DNA of 55,465 bases. It comes from Octopus bimaculoides (Eukaryota). The position numbers were made by a program, and so were the translations under genes. The stretch spans positions 60,898,340 through 60,953,804 of the forward strand of contig NC_068987.1 of assembly GCF_001194135.2 (NCBI RefSeq), in the 5' to 3' direction. Of the stretch, positions 49,461 through 55,465 are shown one piece after another (within the stretch, counting starts at the first letter, position 1; each line of letters begins with the position of its first letter). The notes beneath the pieces are model-generated. The model saw only the letters and a program-made list of their open reading frames with translations. It was not told the DNA's origin and did not search any database.

Positions 49461-51440
49461 GGTGAATTGATGCCCACACCTGAGTGTGTGCACTAATAGT
49501 TCAACCAACACATCAACTCAAGCACATATTTACAAACACCAGGAACTCAATTTACTCGAAAAGTCTTGTTGCTTTGTTAGCGATCATCCATCCATCCATA
49601 CATATATACATATTTACATACACATACATACATACGTACTTACATGCATTCATACATACATACATACATACATACATACGTATGTACGTACGTATGCACG
49701 GACATGCATACATGGTAAGCTTTCAACTCATCAAGGAGTGTGGCCATCACTGGTAAATTGTCTTATCGTAAATGTTAAGGATAATGGCTGTCATTGTATG
49801 TCTATGCTGCAACTTAAAGTCGCTAACAGTTTTCACAACAACCTTTAGTCTCTCACCTATTAAAGCATGTAGATCAGAAACAAGCAAGAGCAAGGACTGT
49901 GGCTTTGCAATGAGGCGGATGTTTTATTTCAGAATTTCCTTCTCCAAAAGGGAAATATCTACATAAAGACTAAGAGTCTCTTATTCCCAGCTGTTGGGTG
50001 ATTGTTAGCTTTACTGTATTCATCCGTCCTTTGATAGGTTTTGTTTTTCATCCTGTAGGTTGTCCAACGAAAATCATCCTTGTTACCAAGACGACTTTCG
50101 AGTTGCCATTTTAGTCATCGACAGCGTGGCCATGAACAGTTTGTAATGTGTTGCATGTTGCCAGTAGCACTAAAAGTGACCTGGCATGAGATACATACTC
50201 ACACACGCATGCACGCACACACACACACACACACATACACACACACGCACACACACATACACAAACACACACCAACACATATGCACACTGACACAAGAAC
50301 ACACACACGCAGGCACGCGCACACAAGAACACACACACGCAGGCACGCGCACACACTCACACATACTCATAAACACACACAAGCATTTTACAACCAAAAT
50401 CCTTAAAGGAAATAGTTTAATAACATACAGTTAAAATTGGTTATAACTGCACCCTTAACACGAAGAAGACCATTTCACATTAATCAAATACATCATCTGA
50501 AGATAGTTATTTATGTAGAGATCCTGGAGCGAACCCCGCTGAATAAAGCTTGTTATATTGAGGTCTGCATTTGCAAGGCTGAGAGCATATTGACAGATAC
50601 TAACCAACACACTATAATATGGAAATGGAAGTCTCACAGAGCAATCCTTGGAGCCAAGATTCAGCAGCAGAGACATTGATAAATGTAACATCATAAAGCT
50701 TGCAAATTATACGTGATAGTTAAAGGAGAATGGAATAATATATCATATAACCGAGGAGATTGCTGGGAAAGAGCTGAAGATGTCAAGGAAAGCGGAATTT
50801 CAGTCCTTGCACACATGAGACAAAATTCATACATATATATTGGAACACCCATCCATAAGACTAAACGTTGATTATCCATCCTCTGTAACTTAATATTTTT
50901 TTTTACTTTCTATTGTTTCTTTATTTGTGTGTGTGTGTGTGTGTGTGTTTGTATTTGTGTTTCTCCCCATGCCATATCTTGACAACCAGTGCTGGCTTGC
51001 TTACCTTCCCATAACTTAACGGTCCGGCAAAAGTGAACGATAAATAAGTAGAAGACTTTAAAAAATAATCACTTGAATCGATTTATTCGAGAACACTCTT
51101 TAAGGTGGAGTCCCGGCACGGCTGTAGTCCATTGAGTGAAGCAAGGAGCAGATACAAAAATCCAATGCACTGAATTCCTCTGCTTATACATCTACTGCGA
51201 CAGTGATTCTAGTTTCTTGGAACTAAGTAGATGTCCACTAGGCCCACCTAATGGCCCATTTTCGTGTCTTTCACTTGCATCCTTAACAACCCTCATGTTA
51301 TTTAACAAGGGAACATCTGTTTAGGATTGCTAGATCTTCTAGAATTAGCAGCCAAATTTCTATCAAATCTTACTCATCTTTCTCAAAAAAGAGAAGGATT
51401 TATTGCACAATGTAACTCTAGAAACCCCAAACTCATGACA

Positions 51441-51687
51441 GTGGAGGTGCGTGGCTTAGTGGTTAGGGTGTTGGACTCATGATCATAAAATTGTGGTTCC
51501 GATTCCTGGACCGAGCGATGTGTTGTGTTCTTGAGCAAAGCACTTCATTTCATGTTGCTCCATTCCACTCAGCTGGCAAAAATGCGCAATCAATCGACGG
51601 ACCCGTGTCCCGTCCAGGTGCGGAATATATACGCAATGAAACCTTGTGAGTTGGATGACTCGAAAAGGTAACTTTACCTTACTTTAC
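51441..51687 (+). mobile_element. SINE family D with a 12-bp TSD
   Basis: TSD AAACTCATGACA at 51429-40 and 51688-99; A box TGGCTTAGTGG and B box GGTTCCGATTCC. Older D-headed copies lie at 385-640 (+), 9700-9990 (-) and 42866-43158 (-). Confidence 0.92.
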
Positions 51688-52740
51688 AAACTCATGACAA
51701 GACATTTTGGTTATACTTGGAATGCTTTTTATCACAGGTCTGCCTAATCAGGGCTGACCTAGGAACTAAACAACAACAAGAAGAAACAAAAGCACCAACA
51801 ATGATTTGCGCCTTGTACAAGACTATCTTTCTAATACTGCTTCATTTACTTTGCGATCTTCTGTAACATTTGTCATATGCACACTTTCTTTTAGATATCA
51901 GCTGTAATGATTCTTCTTGTCGAGGACAGACGGGAAAGATTTAACCATTGTCTCAATTAATTACAATAAATACAAACGATAATAAAATTAATCTCAATCA
52001 GTTAACTGCTGATTTATTCAACTAATGAAAGTGACCTTATTCAACTTTATCTGTTGCATATTTATGGTTTCACAGACTATCCTTCGTTGCTATATATATA
52101 TATATTGTCGGAGTAGTATCTTGTTTGTTTGCTTTTTGTGTGAGTGTACACATCACATCTAGACTATCTTTTATTTGACGACAAAACCCTTTTGTTACCA
52201 TCAATAGTAGAAATTCTCTTATATTCTTTCAACCCTCACCCACTCTACTCACTTTCTTTTATTACTAAATCCACTTCAATAAGCTATTATATAACCTAGA
52301 TAAAATACGGGGTAATTATTTATCTATCTGCGAAGTAATACGATAATCATAGACTATGAACCAAACTTATTATATGTTTGTATGTATGTATGTATGTATG
52401 TATGTATGTATGTATGTATGTATTATAAAAAAAAAGAGATTTGATGACGTGGTCCTAGATAACTTATGTAGCTTTTTTCATAAATAGAAGGATTTCTCAA
52501 CTGCTGATCCATCATATTTAGTTCAAGATAGGAGGAATGGAAATTGGAATCGTAGTGTCCATACGATTCACACTGTCGTTAGTGAATTAAGTCAAATAGC
52601 AAGAAACATGAAATAAACCTGGGTTACAAACACAGTTTACTACAAGCTTACCACACCACCTAGGTATTACAACTTATAACCCACACTCTACAAAGTCACC
52701 TCAGCAATTTTAAAAGCGAAAAAAAGAAAGAAAAACGTAC

Positions 52741-52878
52741 GTCCAAACTGAGTGGTATTTTCTTCCGTTAGTTTAATATTCGCTAAATCAAAATTAGGTA
52801 TTTCCAGTTTATCCAAAGATTTCTGCCAGTCTGTGTTTGATTCCCATTTTACTCGTACTTCTTCAACAGGATAATAAA
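52741..52878 (-). CDS. Cys-loop ligand-gated ion channel (Gly/GABA-type), extracellular-domain exon from loop B to loop C (YYPVEEVRVKWESNTDWQKSLDKLEIPNFDLANIKLTEENTTQFG)
   Basis: Acceptor ttcttgtgttaccag, donor C|gtacgt. 138 nt with phase 1/1, the exon size I recall for the equivalent GlyR/GABA-A exon. Contains the W and L.IP.F motifs. Confidence 0.85.
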
Positions 52879-55465
52879 CTGGTAACACAAGAATAAGGAG
52901 AAATATTGCTTACAATTAAAATAAGCATCTCACACTCATGGTGGTGCTCCAGCATAACCGCAGCCGCATAGCAGAAACGAATAAAAGAATATATGTATGT
53001 ATGCATGCATGAATGTATGTATATATGTATATGTGCAAGGAGTATATATCTACGTGTGTATGTTTGTCTCTCAGTGACTGGCAGCCAGAGTTGGTTTGGT
53101 TATGTCCTTGTAATTTAGTAGTTAAACATAAACAGATCGAGAGAATAAGTATCAAACGTAAAGTAAGTACTGGGGCCAGTTTGACTGACCAAACGCTCAA
53201 AGGTGTTGCCTCAGCATGGCCACGGGCGAATTACTGAAACATGTAAAAGAATAATAGAATAAAAGTGAGTACACATCGCATACGCACGCACGCACACACA
53301 CACACACACACAGATTGCTTTACGTTGACGCTAAGAGTCGATAACACTATAAACAATAGCATGGAAAGCATTGGTTTAAAAAAAGAAAAGGCGAAGGCCT
53401 CTCGACGGTTTTCCCATATTCTACATGGTGTTATTTTTAGCTTTGTTAACTTTCGCGTTCAACCCCTAAAAACGATTTACCTTATATCTGATTGAGTTTC
53501 TAAATTCTTTATATATATATANNNNNNNNNNNNNNNNNNNNNNNNNNNNNNNNNNNNNNNNNNNNNNNNNNNNNNNNNNNNNNNNNNNNNNNNNNNNNNN
53601 NNNNNNNNNNNNNNNNNNNNNNNNNNNNNNNNNNNNNNNNNNNNNNNNNNNNNNNNNNNNNNNNNNNNNNNNNNNNNNNNNNNNNNNNNNNNNNNNNNNN
53701 NNNNNNNNNNNNNNNNNNNNNNNNNNNNNNNNNNNNNNNNNNNNNNNNNNNNNNNNNNNNNNNNNNNNNNNNNNNNNNNNNNNNNNNNNNNNNNNNNNNN
53801 NNNNNNNNNNNNNNNNNNNNNNNNNNNNNNNNNNNNNNNNNNNNNNNNNNNNNNNNNNNNNNNNNNNNNNNNNNNNNNNNNNNNNNNNNNNNNNNNNNNN
53901 NNNNNNNNNNNNNNNNNNNNNNNNNNNNNNNNNNNNNNNNNNNNNNNNNNNNNNNNNNNNNNNNNNNNNNNNNNNNNNNNNNNNNNNNNNNNNNNNNNNN
54001 NNNNNNNNNNNNNNNNNNNNNNNNNNNNNNNNNNNNNNNNNNNNNNNNNNNNNNNNNNNNNNNNNNNNNNNNNNNNNNNNNNNNNNNNNNNNNNNNNNNN
54101 NNNNNNNNNNNNNNNNNNNNNNNNNNNNNNNNNNNNNNNNNNNNCAAAGAGAAAAAGAATGAATCAACTCCGATTAACCACAGACGCGTTTCGAGATTAA
54201 AGTGTTTTTAATTACTTTCTTCTCTCTTCAGTGTAGCATTTCCAATTATGAAATTTGAAAGTGCTAGGGTTAAATATGCACACGAACGAGCGACATCGTG
54301 CAACAGATATCCAACCAACACTTCCAAAATTTACACACCCGAATGTGAATACACTATTCATCCCTTGTACCCACGTGTCGGAGAGATTCTTACAGCAGTA
54401 GAAAAGAAAGTTTTAACTCCTATTTCTAAATTCGATTTGTGGTGAAGCAATTAGCTGACCCCTAATAATAATTATGTTTATAATTATAGAATATTTGTAT
54501 AATTTTACCTATAAAGGTTATGTTAACGTACCGAGCTACTTGGTAAAATTATTGATTAATTGATTGATTAATTAATTAAATGAATTAATTTTACCCTTTT
54601 GTCATTAATTTGAAATGATACTTACAGCTTTTTATCTTGATGCTACAAATTTGTCCATCCAGGGGAAATAAGCTGATATGCTTTTGACATGAAACTGGAA
54701 AAATTACTCTGAAATATCAGTGAAAGGTATATAAAGCTAAAAATACAAGCATACTTGAAAACTAGAAAAGAAAAATTGAAATTGCTTTATGGAAGATCAG
54801 CAATTACGTTGTGGAAAAACTACTTGAAGTATAGCAAGTCTCTGTCTCAGTTTGAACCCATGTTGTTTGGTTTCCAATTAGAAAGTATTCGTAAACAAAA
54901 GCTACATCTTTCAGACTGAGTGGTGACGTCATAAAGTAAACAACAAATGGATGACATCCAACTGCTTGAGGGGTCACACAGGAGAGCTATGAAAAGGGAG
55001 AGATAATAAAGTAGTGTGTGCGTGCGCATGTATGTGAGAGCGTGTATGTGCGTGTAGATGGGGTCTGGTGACCTTGACGTGTACGTGTGTGCATGTGTAT
55101 GTGTGTGGATGATGGTGTGGGTGCTGCGAAGTGGTCAGTGCTAGTGTATGCGCTGGTGTGGGGGCTGGGAAGTGGTCAGTGCTAGTGTGTGCGGAGAAGT
55201 GTGATGTGGTGTGGGGTGGTGTGGTATGGTGGTGTGTGGTGTGGTGGTATGTGGTGTGGTGTGGCAAGATGTGGTGTGGGGGAAGCAATATATATATTTG
55301 CATACACAACGCCTTCAGAAAAAATATCTTCAGCTTAAAATACACACAATATAAATGTTAACATTCTCTATATATTTAATAAAGAACCATGTAATCCACA
55401 CCCTGGAAAGCGTATTTCTGTAAAATGTTGGGAGTGGGGTGGGGAAATTTCCGAGGATTCCATCC

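Noticed and set aside
46099-52878. Calling the channel an octopus chemotactile receptor or a named GlyR/GABA subunit
   Set aside because: Chemotactile receptors derive from nicotinic receptors, whereas this has Gly/GABA-type motifs. Orthology cannot be assigned without a phylogeny, so no gene symbol is given.
53265-54445. ORFs flanking the last gap as the missing Cys-loop exon
   Set aside because: No C-x13-C or YPxD motif in the frames I examined.

Overview
AT-rich (about 34% GC by eye) eukaryotic draft-assembly DNA with five N gaps. The SINE, RTE-LINE and microsatellite content resembles an octopus genome (inferred from remembered repeat families; no search was run). Two host genes are supported. 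(1) UQCRQ/QCR8, cytochrome bc1 subunit 8, on +: coding exons 35441-35594 and 39945-40039 give an 82-aa protein, with a probable non-coding first exon ending at 31295. (2) The 3' part of a divergent Gly/GABA-type Cys-loop ion-channel subunit on -: exons 52741-52878, 47337-47701 and 46099-46317. The two genes are tail-to-tail. Most of the remainder is transposon-derived: at least three tRNA-headed SINE families, RTE and RLE-type LINE fragments, three mariner elements within 3.8 kb, a decayed piggyBac with both ends, a hAT fossil, and mariner, piggyBac and hAT MITEs. Almost all ORFs in the supplied track are microsatellite, SINE or N-gap artefacts. The most unusual structures are: an exact 48-bp copy of the channel's M2 pore sequence, bracketed by an 18-bp inverted repeat, at the 5' junction of an intronic LINE; a ~650-bp fold-back in UQCRQ intron 2; a splice acceptor opening the piggyBac transposase frame head-to-head with UQCRQ; and multi-level SINE/mariner nesting. 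I see no clear evidence of a new multi-gene system.
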